DNA of 64,000 nucleotides, taken from Ophelia neglecta. Taxonomy: Eukaryota. The position numbers were made by a program, and so were the translations under genes. Positions 1-13,385 of the stretch are shown here, in pieces. Within the stretch, counting starts at the first letter, position 1; every line of letters begins with the position of its first letter. The stretch covers positions 52,514,001 to 52,578,000 of the forward strand of contig OZ260662.1 of assembly GCA_965285935.1 (NCBI GenBank), given 5' to 3'. The notes under the pieces were generated by a model, which was not told where the DNA came from, did no database searches, and saw only the letters and a program-made list of their open reading frames with translations.

Positions 1-519
1 CCAATTCATTTATTTAGCCATTTATAAGTTTAATGAACTAGGCGGGCGTGAGGCTTCATCACGTTTCTCCGTCAATTGCAAACTCTTAATATAGCAGATC
101 AGTTTTCGCTCGCAGGTCCTACGAGGCAGGTGCCCATCCCTCGGCAACAGATAGGTTTAACGGCCTTGCCGAGATCTTTGGGCTAGAGACTTTGGCTACG
201 AGGCGGACATGCTCTTATGCCGTAGGGAGCTGGCCATGGTTGGTTCCACGGCAAACATGATCAGCAATATGTTTATATATATGCCCTCGGACATTGCCAC
301 GTTTCAATTATATTATCATGCATTTAGTTATTATTTCAAATGTATCAAAGTCTTCCCAAGTCAACCTTCTAATAGATTATATGTTTATTCAATGATATAT
401 TTCAGGATTTAGATTGACGGTGTATAAAAAGAAATGGTAAATGCCAATACTCATATATCATAATGTTAATACGAACAATTCAACGCATTTTCATCGACAC
501 TAGACAGAAGATTGTAGAG

Positions 520-1600
520 TCGCGTTCATGTTTCAAGAGGCTATTCAAATATTAAATTTTTCATAAACTAAGTAACGTTTTGATTCACATTACTTTACAA
601 ATAGTATAATAATCCACTAGATATGTTATAGTTAGGTAACTTAATTATGACCATGTATACATTTTACAAGGCCTGTTCAACAGAAATAGTATGGCATCAG
701 TAACTCATTCGTGAAGACGTACAGCATTGCATGAACACAATATTGGCCGGCGGTCAACGTTGTATTTCTTATTACGGTAGTGGAAATAACAGGTGAATCT
801 ATATCAAGTACTGGGTAATTCAGTCCTAACCGGATTAAGCCGCTTGTCGGTGTTATTATCTGACAGAGCTGATTGTCAATCTTCGTTTTTGGAGTTCCTC
901 TGGCGCTGCAACTCAAGTTGATTGTAATATCCTTCTGAGGGAGCGAGCACCAAAGCTATCATATTAAGCCGAAGAGACTCGCTCTCCGTGGATGATAGTC
1001 CCTTAAGGTACACTTACCTCTGGCTACCTCTTTTATGTGCAAACGGGGGGACACACGTTTGTACATGTATATATTTAATTGCATTCCTATAGGCGAGGCG
1101 TTATGGCAAGCAGCAGGCATCAGGAAGAAATGAGCTATTTCAACTCTCTTATGTACAGGCCAAGGAACACTGCCTCGGACCTGACTTGCATTATTGTTTA
1201 AAGCCAGATTTATCATAAACGCTGTTATAGTCCTTGTACAAATAAGAACGTACATGTATGAATCGAGCAAGGGAGATGCATCATTTTGACCGGCATTGCA
1301 AGGAGGAAAAACCATGACCTGGCTGAACAAAGCTCTGAAGGGCTACATATGATTTTCGTTTATTTCTAAAACGCCTTTTCGTGAAGAAGTGGGTACCTGT
1401 TACGGTGAGCACAGAGGTAAGCTGTTTTGAATTCATTTCTCGTTGAATTATGTTTAATTGCGTCAAATTAGAGAGTGGCAATAATTGAACGAATTATGAT
1501 ATTTTATGTGCCCATTGCCATTTTTTTCTCTACCAATAGAGATCCATTGATCGATAGATTTGCAACATTTATATACATTTTTTTAATGATTCTGTTCATT
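520..1600 (+). repeat. Local duplication module A, copy 1 (paralog at about 9575-11920)
   Basis: Shared blocks such as atgaacacaatattggc, gcttgtcggtgttatt, cttatgtacaggccaagga, ctctgaagggctacatatgat and cgtgaagaagtgggtacctg occur in the same order in both copies. Boundaries are approximate. Confidence 0.85.
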
Positions 1601-3335
1601 TCTCCACAATGTCGTCAGCATTATAACCTACTCGACATTGTTTCGATTAGTTCGCCATTGTGGACAAGAATGAATACCACCATAATTAATGTTTAAACTT
1701 CGCGAAAGACGCATTGTAATTATAAGAACTCCTGTTGAACTTTGAACGGTGTACATGGTAATGAGTTAGTTACACAAGACAGGAGCGAAATCAGGACAAG
1801 ACCCGCAATTTTACTAATTAATATACGTATTGTGTTATATTACCTAAGAATGGACAGCTGCATTTGTCAACAACAGACCTGAGTTGTATCGGCCTAATTA
1901 AGAGTGAGTTCTGGCCTTGTTACCTAAAATGTTATATAAATCTTAAATACGATGCTTGTTTTTACGGCTGTATTCCGGGTAAATGATGCTGCAGCAGGTA
2001 ATCCTGTTTAGACGTGTCATGAACTTCAAAGAGGAGGTAGAATTTGGATAAGATTCACGTATGTTATACATGTATGTATCCATGCTGGTCGATGTGAATG
2101 CTTTATGTGCAGAAAGAAGGAGCTAATTGTTATGTATAACCATTAACAATATAATTCCTAGTTCACCATTAGTTGGAGAGTATTGCTACCTAGAAGTGTT
2201 GTTTGTAGGGTTGGAGGAAACCGGGATGATTACTAAAACCTATAGTTTGCAAATTGTTTAAATGGTGAATGTGATCCTTGGTCCTGGAACTAGCCTTCCT
2301 TTAGGTCATTAGTCGTCGGGTTATTGTGATTTCTCGGTTTGCAGAATACGTCGGGTTTCCGGACAGTATCTACGCTATCGCTGGCATAGGGTAGAGCAGT
2401 TTGAGATTATCGAAATTTCGAAGAAAAAATGACCCAAGCAATGGCTGGCGTGTCTTTAAACCACTTAATCCTTTTTTGGACATTATTTGTTCTTAGAAAA
2501 ATGAGCTGGGAAGTGCCCCAGTCCCAAATCGTGGTTATAGGTAGTAGTATTGGACAAGCGCCTCGAGTACCTGTGGCCAGCATAGGTCAACTCAGTCGAC
2601 TGTTCGTCATATTGTCTTATTGTATTAGGTCCCACATCAATAGGGTAGATTAGGTGAACTAAGTCGATTAATCGTCGAACGTTCCCGCGCATCACATACT
2701 ATACAGCTTCGCACAGAATTCTGATACCCGCCGTCCATTCAGAAATGTTGGTAAACTGCCGCCAATCTACGTGTGTAAATGCCTAAAGCTGTCTATAAAG
2801 AATAGCCAGCCGACCGTCTATATCATGGTGGAGTTCTCGAAGATGGTAGGTTTTTGAATTAGGTCTGTAAATAACAGTGGAATTTGCACAATTCATTGTC
2901 TTAAACTTCAGTCCGAGACAAGAACGTGTGCAAAATACATTGATATTTACAGACTTACGTCGAATTTTACGTACGAAGTCCACCCCGGCTGCCGTAACCG
3001 GATCAGTTAGAGCCACAGCATGCAGTGAATATAGACCACCGTGACTTCCACCCGTCCGAGACCGACGACGAATATCTGATTTTAATATACATGTACATAT
3101 ATACAAGGATATAGTGATATTAAACAGAATAAAGAACATAGAACTTTTAATTCATAATATCAATTTGGGCCCCCATTTTGAATAAGAGGGTATTATCTAA
3201 AAGAAATTTGGATCAGGTATTTTTGGATTTAATAGCCTGATAATCTAATTCTTTGTGTTCAAAGAAATTGGTTAGGGGGCTGAGAGAATGATAATGTCAG
3301 GGCTAAAGGACACCACTCTAATATTTGGTGGTCGA

Positions 3336-3530
3336 AATTCCTCAAACACATGCATTTGTCCCCTGCGATACTCGGGAGCCATTTCCAGAGAAAATAAGGT
3401 ACACTGTATATAACACGGCATTTTCTTCTAAGATGAGCTGAATTCATTAAATGAGCGTCTGGTTCGTATGCCACAAAGAGCCACTATATATCATGTTTGT
3501 ATTAGCCTGAGTCACCAGATTCTTCAAATT
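3336..3530 (+). repeat. Module B, copy 1 (paralog 6384-6569)
   Basis: Shared aattcctcaaaca, gagaaaataag, acggcattttcttctaag, taaatgagcgt and atgtttgtat. Confidence 0.75.
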
Positions 3531-3559
3531 AGGGCTAATGGTGCCCTCACTATTATTGC

Positions 3560-4520
3560 TGCTTCTGATAAGGAAAAAATGACAGCGGCGAGATTTTATC
3601 GCTAATTCGCGGTGATATCTTATTGAACTATGAGGCCTAGCTTATTTTTCCAATTATAGCGGCGTTATAATGTCAAATAGCCGTCATTCTCAATCAACGG
3701 TCTTGTTCCAATTCAACTGACATGCCTGCCTTCTACCGCTCCCAGTATCTTTATTTGGCTTTTTATTCAATTGGTACTTTTAAGTAAGCGAAGAATAGGG
3801 CCCATTCGTCTTAATGAGGAACCGGTAAAATATATGACGACAAAAATTCTATACCAAAATATACAGAGTTATAGGACGGACTGCACTGAAAAACTATGTT
3901 GACGGGATCAGAGTTTTGTTTAAATACTTGATAGGCCCACCGGCTGATTGTCGTATATAAATGTGTTACTGTAAAGAAACTGTCAAAAGGGAAGGCATGA
4001 GGAGCGAGCAATAAGAGCACACCTAGCCGCTGACTAGGTGTTCACCACACAATTAAATTTCGCCCACGTCCCAGAGTATTATGAATATAACGCCACTGGC
4101 ACCACTTTAGTTCCTCACTTCGGACAGCCACTGACAGATGATCCAAAGCGCAGCCAGCCCAGGAGACGAATCATATCATGTCTGTGTATTAACACGGACA
4201 GATTTTCCCATTCTTGACACTCGTATAAAGAAAATTCCACAGGCATTTGTCTAGGCACATGCGACGATTGTGGCAGTTTTACATAATCATTATAGATCAA
4301 ACCTTTCTTGTCACTCGGTGAAGAGCGCCCCGTGAAATTAAATTTCTAAGAATAATGCAATCTGCTCGAGAATTAAGGCGCCCACATCACCACCAACTCT
4401 AGACTCTCCCACTCATAACCTCATTTTAGCACATGAGAAGATCAATTCGATTCATTTTCATTTAGCTGAAAACTAGTAAACAAACCTAGACAGCCTTTTG
4501 CGAACACAAGTCAAAAGCTC
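3560..4520 (+). repeat. Large local repeat unit, copy 1 (core only)
   Basis: Landmarks aactatgaggcctagcttatttt, gccttctaccgctc, taggcccaccggctgatt, cactcggtgaagagcg and ccaactctagactc recur in copies 2 and 3; copy 4 keeps diverged versions of some of them. Confidence 0.9.
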
Positions 4521-4539
4521 ACACTACTTTTCACACAAC

Positions 4540-6240
4540 CCTTTAGTTTATGACAATACCAATACTTTATCAGTCCAAGGAATATGAAAGCAATTATGGA
4601 TTGATTCAAAAAATTATAATTGCCCAAGGTGTGCCAGCTTGGCTTCCGCCATTATAATTGTAATCTATATCTATCTTGAGGGGCAAAAAAATCAAAGTAA
4701 AAACTCATAAAAAACAAGGTTCACCCCTCTAGCTGTCGGGTTATGGGGTGCAGATCATAGCTCGAGGATAATGTGGAGTATGCTGTATGCTGTCGATTTG
4801 AACTCTGATCAGTAGAAAATGCAATATTGATGAACACGTCTGGCATGGGAAGCGTTCCGTAGCAGGGTCTCCCAAAGCTTGAATAATTGCAAACATGATG
4901 CTGATTAGGCAAAAATACCAGTGACGAGATTTTACAGCCAATTTGTTGTAACTGTTTCGCGTTAAACTATGAGGCCTAGCTTATTTTCTAGTCATAGCGG
5001 TATTATAGTGTCAATAAAACAACGTCATTCTCAATCAGCGGTCTAAGACAAATTTCAGCTGACAAGTCTGCCTTCTACCGCTCTCGGTGTCTTTATTTGT
5101 GTCATTCGATCAATGGGTATATTAGATAAAACTAAGAATCATCTGAATGAGGAAATGGTAAAATATTTGACGACAATATGCTGTAAATATATACACTAAT
5201 ATATAGGTCCTTGCAAGCAGGACCGCGCTGAAAATGACTCATCCGAGCTGTGTTTGTACTTGGTAGGCCCACCGGCTGATTTTCGTTTAAAATGTGTCAC
5301 TATAAAGATATTGTCAAAAGGGAATCCACGAGGAGCGAGGAGGATGAGCACACCATGTTGTTGTCTTGGATGTGTCGACCACACAATTAAATATCTTCCA
5401 CGTCCCAGATTAAGTATGAAATATAACGTCACTGGTATTACCTTGGTTCCTGCCTTCGTGCAGCCAATGACAGATGATCAACAAGCAAAGGCCAGCCGAA
5501 TCATATCATGTCTGTGTATTATACGGACGGAGTTTTTTTTCCATTCTTGATACTAGCATAAAAAAGGCATATTTATCCAGAGTTGTTATTGGAGACCAAG
5601 CCTAGACCGGTCCAGTTAGTCTACATATCTGAAGCAAATAAATACAGGACATATTTTACCTTAATTAAAATTAAATTATTTCGATCTTACCAGGCAGAAA
5701 ACGACGAAAGTGATAGTATTACATAATCACTAAAGATCAACCTTGGCACTCGGTGAAGAGCGACCTCTGAATTTAATTTCAAAAAAAGATGCATTCTGCT
5801 CCAGAAAGAACAAGCCCACCTCACGACCAACTCTAGACTCCACCACCAACAAAATCATATTAGCCCAAGACTATATTCACTCTAGTAGGCAGTTCGATTC
5901 ATTTGGCTTTCAGCTGAAAGCTAGTGCCTACAATCGAAACAAACCTAGACAGCCTGTTGCCAACGTATTTCCAACATAAGTTAAATGCTATCACTAATTA
6001 AACACAGGCTTTTAGTGCCACGGTACTCGTGAGACAACAGAAAGGAGCAGATATTGCAACCCAGATTATCTCTCTGTCCAGGGACCATGAGAGCCTATTA
6101 ATAAAAGTTTAATCTAAACAAAAGAAGGATCAGAAAGCTGCATACAGTCTTAAGGAGACATATGTATCTCATCGGCCATAAATCTTACCAACAACCTGCA
6201 GATTTCCCTTCACCTGGTAAGTTCGAACTGCCCGTCTCTG
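4540..6240 (+). repeat. Large local repeat unit, copy 2
   Basis: Same landmarks; 4691-4790 is nearly identical to 7738-7838. Confidence 0.9.
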
Positions 6241-6383
6241 TTAAACTAAGGAACGCACCAATCGCAAATGGCGCTGGTGATGTTGGGGGCGAGGGTGGGG
6301 GGATGCAGTGGGGACGGGGCAGGGGATGGTGGCGGTTAGCCTATAAAAACAAATTTCAAGTATAATTCTTTTTTACAGCTCAT

Positions 6384-6569
6384 AATTCCTCAAACATTTG
6401 CATAGCCTCCTGCATTATTCAGGGGCCATATTCGGAGAAAATAAGTTAAATGACTCTACGGCATTTTCTTCTAAGTTGAGTCGAATGTAATAAATGAGCG
6501 TTCCGTTCGCACTTAACCACGATCTCCCCTTATGTTTGTATAAACCCGAGGCAATAGATCATTCAAATC
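6384..6569 (+). repeat. Module B, copy 2
   Basis: Collinear match to 3336-3530. Confidence 0.75.
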
Positions 6570-6889
6570 AAACCTATGGGTGACCTTGCTTGAAGTCCTC
6601 GCTATCCAATCAAGCACTAATCAAGCCCATGCTTGCATTTAATCGGAGATGATGGTTAACCTGGGAATAATCAACCCTTAAAAGAGCCAAGAGGGTTTTC
6701 CTTCTTGTTAGAACCTTAATCTGAGCCTTAACCCACAACAATCTTGGCCTGATATAAGTCAAGTGAAAATAGTAGGGCATTATTATATACGTCCTTTGGA
6801 TCCAGTGTTTCCGATGGAAATATTAGAAGGTCTTCTTGTTCATCGGTTTCATTGAACCGTATGAATCTTTTATATAGTTATCAGATAGG

Positions 6890-7215
6890 CAAAGAGTACT
6901 CTCTCCCTGTCCGTCATTTATCTTGCCTGCATCTAAACCACTCTAAAACTACCGCTCTCCGTCTTGTCTGCACCAACCTCTATCTAACCCAACCCTAAGC
7001 CCTTATCTAACTATCACTCTAACCACCTCCTTCATAACTCATTTAACCCTCAATATAGCCCATTTCTAAACCGACTTCTTTATCCTCTCCTTATCGGCTT
7101 ACCCATTCTCCGTCTAACCAGTCTCAATCCCTTTCCATAGCCCTCACCCTGTCTTATTTACAATGTTCCTCCACATTATCCACTATCTATCCCTTACAAT
7201 CGAAATAAACTTGAA
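6890..7215 (+). repeat. G-poor, C/T-rich low-complexity tract with degenerate ctaacc units; possibly a LINE 3' tail
   Basis: Several tctaacc/ccctaa-like words; ends in aaataaacttgaa, which resembles non-LTR retroelement tails. Confidence 0.4.
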
Positions 7216-7539
7216 TTTTAGCTAAGGTAGTCCATTAACCGTGTCATTGAGTAATATGTTTTTTCTTTAGTTATGCTTTAAACACTATAATTAAACGTAT
7301 CCTTGCGCATGAGATGTGACAAATTTGCATATCAATTTTAGTCATTATGTTGGCATGTTATAAGGTATTTTTCAGCCATCCCATATTCTGTATAAAACAG
7401 TTCAGACTTAGTTTTCCTATACATCCAGTATGTGCAATACACCATAGAAGCATAAACGCTATTTTCCGTACAATCTGTAGCCCTTTTGCAGTTTCGGAAC
7501 TTAGCACCAGTCAATGACAAAACTCATTCTATTTCAACA

Positions 7540-9190
7540 CCTAGAAGTAATCTAGTTGTATTTTAACAGAACTAAATTAGAATTTACCTTTAGTTTATAT
7601 CAAGACCAATACTTCATCAGTCCAAGCAATATGAAAGTCATTTTTTTGGATTGATGCAAATATTAATAATTGCCCAATGTGTGCCGTCTTGGCTTCCGCC
7701 ATAATTTTTATCTATATTCATGTTGTGGGGCAACATAATCAAAGTAAAAACTCATAAAAAACAAGGTTCACCCCTCTAGCTGTCGGGTAATGCGGTGCAG
7801 ATCATAGCTCGAGGATAATGTGGAGTATGCTGTATGCTGCTGATTTGAACTCTTGATCAGTAGAAAATGCAATATTGATGAACAATCTGTCACGGAAAGC
7901 GTTCCGTGGCAGGGTCTCCCAAAGGTTGAATATTTACAAACGTAAAGCTGATTAGGAAAAAATGACAGTGTCGAGATTTTACAGCCAATTTGTTGTTACA
8001 GTTTCTCGTTAAACTATGAGGCCTAGCTTATTTTCTCGTCATAGCGGTATTATAATGTCAATAAATCCACGTCATTCTCAATCAGCGGTCTTGGACCAAT
8101 TTCTTCTGACATGACTGCCTTCTACCGCTCTCGGTGTTTTATTTGTGTCATTCATTCAATGGGTATATTAAATAAAACTAAGGATCAATCATGTGAATGA
8201 GGAAACGGTAAAATATTTGACGACAAATATGCTATAACAATATATACACTATTATATAGGGCCCAGCAGGGAGGACCGCGCTCAAATTATTTATCCGAGC
8301 TGTGTTTGTACTTGGTAGGCCCACCGGCTGATTGTTGTTTAAAATGTGTTACTGTAAAGATATTGTCAAAAGGGCAGCCACGAGGAGCGAGGGGGATGAG
8401 CACACCTTGTTGCTGTCTTGGAGGTGTCGACCACACAATTAAATTGTCAGCCACTGACAGATCATCTACAAGCAGAGGCCAGCCCAGGACACGAATCATA
8501 TCATGTATATGTACGGACGGATTTTCCCATTCTTGACACTCGCATGAAAACAAAAGCACAATTGGCCAGGGTAGCTATTGGAGTCCATGCTCAGACCGAT
8601 AAATCTATATATCTAAAGCAAGTAAACGCGGGATATATTTCATCTCCTTTAAAATTAATGTATTTCTGTCTAACCAGGAAGAAACGACGAAAGTGGCAGT
8701 ATCACATAATCACTTAGGACCAAACCTTTTTTGGCACTCGGTGAAGAGCGACCCGTGAAATTAAATTCAAAGACTGGTGCATTCTGCTCCTCAAGAACAT
8801 GCCCACCTCACCACCAACTCTAGACTCCTCATCACTCATAGCCTCATATTAGTACATGACCATATCATCTCCGGTAGTCTTTTTCAATCCATTTGGCTTT
8901 CTGCTCCAAGCTTGTGACCACAATAGTATCCAAACCTAGACAGTATTTTGCGGATATATTTCAAGCATAAGAAAAATTGTTACACTATGTTTCACACATA
9001 CTTTCAAGGTCACGGTACTCACACATCAGCAGAAAGATGAACGTATTAGTTAATCTCTCTATCGAGGGCCACTGAGAGCCTAATATCACTATTGTATCTA
9101 ATACATAATGAATCGCAAAACTGCCTACAGTTGAGTTCCTAAACAAACATATGTCTCTCATCAGCCATTAATCTTACCAATTATGTGCAC
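7540..9190 (+). repeat. Large local repeat unit, copy 3
   Basis: Same landmarks; about 65 bp are deleted near 8445 relative to the other copies. Confidence 0.9.
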
Positions 9191-9809
9191 ATTTTGGTGG
9201 TGATGGAGGGGGGAGGGGGTAGATCTATGAAACCAAGTTTTCTTATTCCGAGAAAGATAAAATGAAAAATGATTTCTCCTGTTCAGGCATATCTCTCATA
9301 TGTTTTTTTTGACAAAAAAAAGGCAGATCTGAAGGAGAAAAACGAAAGCCCCCTTAACTTAATTATACCCCTCCCCCCCCCCGGCAAGCAGCTAAAAGGC
9401 TATCATAACATGCACGTATAGTCAGTAATGGTGTGTTTTTATTTCTTTAATTATGTTATTCGCTCTTCCTCATCAACAACGGTCATCCGTCTGGTAGTTC
9501 ATGTCTACTCAACGAAATATTCGAAAATTAACAGCATGTACAGAAAGGTATAAGATAAATACAACTACATGTTCTCAGTTCCATAGGCACTCAAGAGCAA
9601 ATTCTAGTTCCACTTATCTTTTCCACGAGCTTATTACGTATTATGTTAGTTTACATAACTACAAAGACATGATAATTCCCGCCTGAAATAATGCTTAGGT
9701 CACTTATCATCAAAATCCTCTATACACTTCACTGGGCTTGTCCGACGAAAACAGTATGCCATCCGTAATTATATCCGCGAAATGCGGATAGGCCTATTAT
9801 GTTTTCAGT

Positions 9810-9813
<4 letters not shown>

Positions 9814-9850
<37 letters not shown>
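9814..9850 (+). repeat. (CCG)12 microsatellite within the HINE
   Basis: Read directly from the sequence. Confidence 0.95.
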
Positions 9851-10239
9851 AAATTTTAGTCGATAACGCGATAACTCAAAAACTATTTCGTACATCTTTT
9901 TCAAATTTGACACAGCCATAGACCTTATTGAGAGGAGGAACTGATTAGATTCTGGTGAAATTCCAATAATTATTAATTTATTAAAACAATTATTTAATTA
10001 CGTCAGAAACACATTTTCTGCAATAACACAAAAAATATTTGATACATCTTTTTCTTATTTGACACAGCCATATACCTTATTGAGAGGAAGAACTGGACTT
10101 ATTCTGGTGAATTTCGGATAATTAGTAATAAGTAAAAACAATTAATTTATTATGTCAAAAACACATTTTCTTTCACATATTCGACAATATAGATTATATT
10201 GGCTTCAAGTTTTGTGTCATGATTCATGTAATAATTATA

Positions 10240-10790
10240 TACAATCTGTGTAATAAGTTAACTTTATACAATCTGTGTAATTAACTTTATACAATCTGTG
10301 TAATAAGTTAATTAGTTAACATTATTAATGACCTGAAGAAAATTAGTAATGGTTGTTTTGCATTTTTATTGAGGTCAATGGAACCAGCTTTATGAATGAC
10401 CTGCATTATTAATGAGGTTATATAGAACCTACTACAATCAGTGTAACAAGTTAACTAGTATTGTGTAATAAGTTAATTAGTTAACTTTATTAATGACCTG
10501 AAAAAAAATTAGTTAAGGTCGTTTTGCATTATTATTGAGGTCATTAGGAACCAACTTTATTAATGACCTGCCTTATTATTGAGGTTATATAGAACCTACT
10601 ACAATCAGTGTAACAAGTTAACTAGTACTGTGTAATAAATTAACTAGTTAACTTTATTAATGACCTGAAAAAAAAAATAGTTAAGGTCGTTTTGCATTAT
10701 TATTGAGGTCATATGGAACCTACTACAATCTGTGTAATAAGTTAACTAGTTAACTTTATTAATGACCTGAACAAAAATTAGTTAAGGTCC
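10240..10790 (+). repeat. AT-rich complex tandem repeats inside the HINE
   Basis: Recurring tacaatctgtgtaataagttaa, actttattaatgacctgaaaaaa and tagttaaggtcgttttgcattattattgaggtca. A separate dimer of about 127 bp lies at about 9870-10170. Confidence 0.9.
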
Positions 10791-11929
10791 TTATCTTTTG
10801 AGCCAACTAAAAACTACCATATTCACTACCTCGCCTTATGCCATGTTCCCAATTCGATTATTGCACGCATTCGCGGATATAGGCCTACCCCATGCTGTCG
10901 GCCCCCGGACAGCGTTGGCCTAGTTTTCTTATGAAGACAGAATGGAATGAACACAATATTGGCAAGCGGACAAAGTCGTATTGGGAACTTACGGATGAAT
11001 GTACATTGACTGCCGGGTGTTTTCAATTTAACCGAAATAATGCGCTTGTCGGTGTTATTTATCTAAAGACGGATCAATCTTGGTGTTTCAAGCTTTAAGC
11101 TCACCGGCGCTTCACTGTCTTGATTGTAAGAGGCTTCCGAGGGAGCGAGCGCCATACCTCTCAGCTATGACATTCAGTGGAAGTGGTGGCGGCTGGCATA
11201 GTGGGACTCGGCGCTGAGTGGATGATAGTCCCTTTAAGGAACACTTACCTCTGGCTACTTCTTGTGTTTGCGAAAGGCGACACCCGCTTATACATGTATA
11301 TATTCAATTCCGTTCATATAGGCGAGGCGTTATGTCCAGCCGTATAGGAATCAGGATGAAATGAGTTGATTCAACTGTCTTATGTACAGGCCAAGGAGCA
11401 GTGCCTCGGACCTGACTAACATTATTGTTTAAAGCAAGATTTATCATAAACGCTGTGGTCTCAATCCAAATATATCCTTAAAAGGATAATAAGAACGTGC
11501 ATGTTAGATTCAAGCAAGGGAGATTTATAATTTTAAACAGCATTGCAAGGATCGAAAAATGACAATGATCCGCTGGAACAAATCTCTGAAGGGCTACATA
11601 TGATCTTCGTTTAATTCTGAAACCCTTTCCGTGAAGAAGTGGGTACCTGCAGCGGTTGGCGGAAACAAACTCCCTTTTGCGCGACTCTGTGTTAAAGACT
11701 GGGAAGGCTCTTTAGGCTATTAATATTCACTTATTTGAGGTAAGCTGTTTTGAATTAATTACCTTTTTAGTGTGATTATGTCTAACTGAGATTGGCAGCT
11801 TTTTAATGAATGGTGACATTTCTGTGTCCTGTGTCATTCATTTGTTTTCAGATAAAGGTCTATTGATCGATACAGTTGCACCTTATATATATTCTGCGTA
11901 TTTTGAGGCTTCTGTTCACGTCATCACAT

Positions 11930-13385
11930 TAACACTTTTATTAACAGTTATATTGTACATACATATATGCGATTAACACGGACATACGAGTGGGAAGCCA
12001 AAAAGGCTTATTGTACCCCGTCTTAAGGACATACAGTAAAGGTGTCAATAGTAGAAAATGCATAAAGTTAATGAAAATGGAAAGAAACACACACACACAC
12101 AAAATTACAAGAAACGAGAACGAGAAAGATTAAAACAAAAACAATTAACGCCAACAAAACTTGTCACTGAATCCACACATATTTTTATGCAGTATAAAAT
12201 TACAATACAGTTATTCAGGAAAATTGATCAAAAATTAAACCAAAGTTAAAGATAAAGGAAGCCTGCCTAAGATGATCAAAGAATAAATATAACATGCAAC
12301 AATATAAATAAAAAAGTAAAATAAGGATCACCTTATCTGCATAATTTTATACAAGTTTGAAATACAAGATGAATCCAATCAAGACTCTAAGCGGGTTAAA
12401 CTTTTAGACGAGATAATGGGCGAGATAATAGGCGAGTTAAGAATCAATTATACAACAATACACTCCAACAGGTATTTCCTGAGTTTTCTTTTAAATGTAG
12501 ACAGGGAGCAATTGAAATCTAAAATATTACAAAGCGAGTTATACAGCGCAGCTTCCTGGTAATGGAGACTTTTGTGGACAACAGAAGAAGTGACTCAGGT
12601 GGAAGTGGCAGGTGAAGATTATTGGCTTGTCTGGTTATATAGTTATGAATATTTGTATTAAGTGTGAACAATTGATTGAATGGTCCAGGCAATAAACCTT
12701 GAATATACTTGAACATGAAGATAGGTAAACTATATGTGTAAATTTTATTCATGGGTAGAATATTCAACTGAATAAAAATCGGTGTTGAATGAGCAATTCT
12801 ATCACACGATTGGATGATTCGAATTCCTTTTTTTTTTGCACTGTGACCAATTATTGTAAATGAGAAACGAAGGTTTTACCCCATGATGTAACACAATAAA
12901 TATAGAAGGGTTAATAAAGGAATAATAAAGCTTTTTCAGAGTAGATTTATTGAAATATTTTCTAGCTTTAAGAAGAATCCCTGTACGCTTAGCAACTATT
13001 TCCTGAATGTAACGAGTATCATTCCGCCAAGATATACTGGAGTCTAAAATTACGCCTAATAATTTCGTGTTATCAACGTGTGTAATAATTTGCACTACTG
13101 CTAATGATAAGTACCGTAAAATAGACTTTTTCTATATCCTTTGAAACAATAAATTGAGTTTTGGAAATGATTAATGTTTACATATTGGTCTCCAACCAGT
13201 TAACCCTTTTAATCATTTCAGTATTAATTTTACGAAAATTTCATCGACGTATTTTCCCGACAAGATTGCACTTGAATCGTCAGCGAACAGTATCGTGTGC
13301 AGGATGTCACAAGTACGCGCCAAATCATTAATATAGAGGAGAAAAAGCAAAAAACGAGGGCCTTAGAGAAACTCAAGGAAAAGGC
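11930..13385 (-). mobile_element. 5'-truncated, degenerate CR1/L2-group LINE (RT C-terminal half plus 3' UTR)
   Basis: The minus strand reads LYINDL...ILFADDS (RT catalytic motif), KLLGVILDSSISW, LKKLYYSFINP and HNYITRQANNLHLP, with frameshifts. A 3' stem-loop aagcc-ttttt-ggctt lies at about 11995-12009 and an AATAAA near 11940. Confidence 0.88.

Larger units (their letters stand above)
9769..10923 (+). mobile_element. Non-autonomous Helentron-associated element (HINE/DINE-1-like)
   Basis: Subterminal inverted repeats tatatccgcgaa (9770-9781) and ttcgcggatata (10870-10881). Also a 5' partial IR gcggata, a (CCG)12 microsatellite, internal tandem repeats and a 3' stem-loop gctgtc..gacagc (10894-10913). 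It sits in a T run with no TSD, and the paralogous empty site is at 700-718. Confidence 0.85.
9575..11920 (+). repeat. Local duplication module A, copy 2, interrupted by a Helentron-associated element
   Basis: Collinear with 520-1600 on both sides of the 9769-10923 insertion. Confidence 0.8.

Noticed and set aside
959-1330. 123-aa minus-strand ORF in module A
   Set aside because: The paralog at about 11240-11580 has a 2-nt indel and a stop in this frame.
6890-7215. Interstitial telomere
   Set aside because: There are only scattered degenerate units and no run of (CCCTAA)n.
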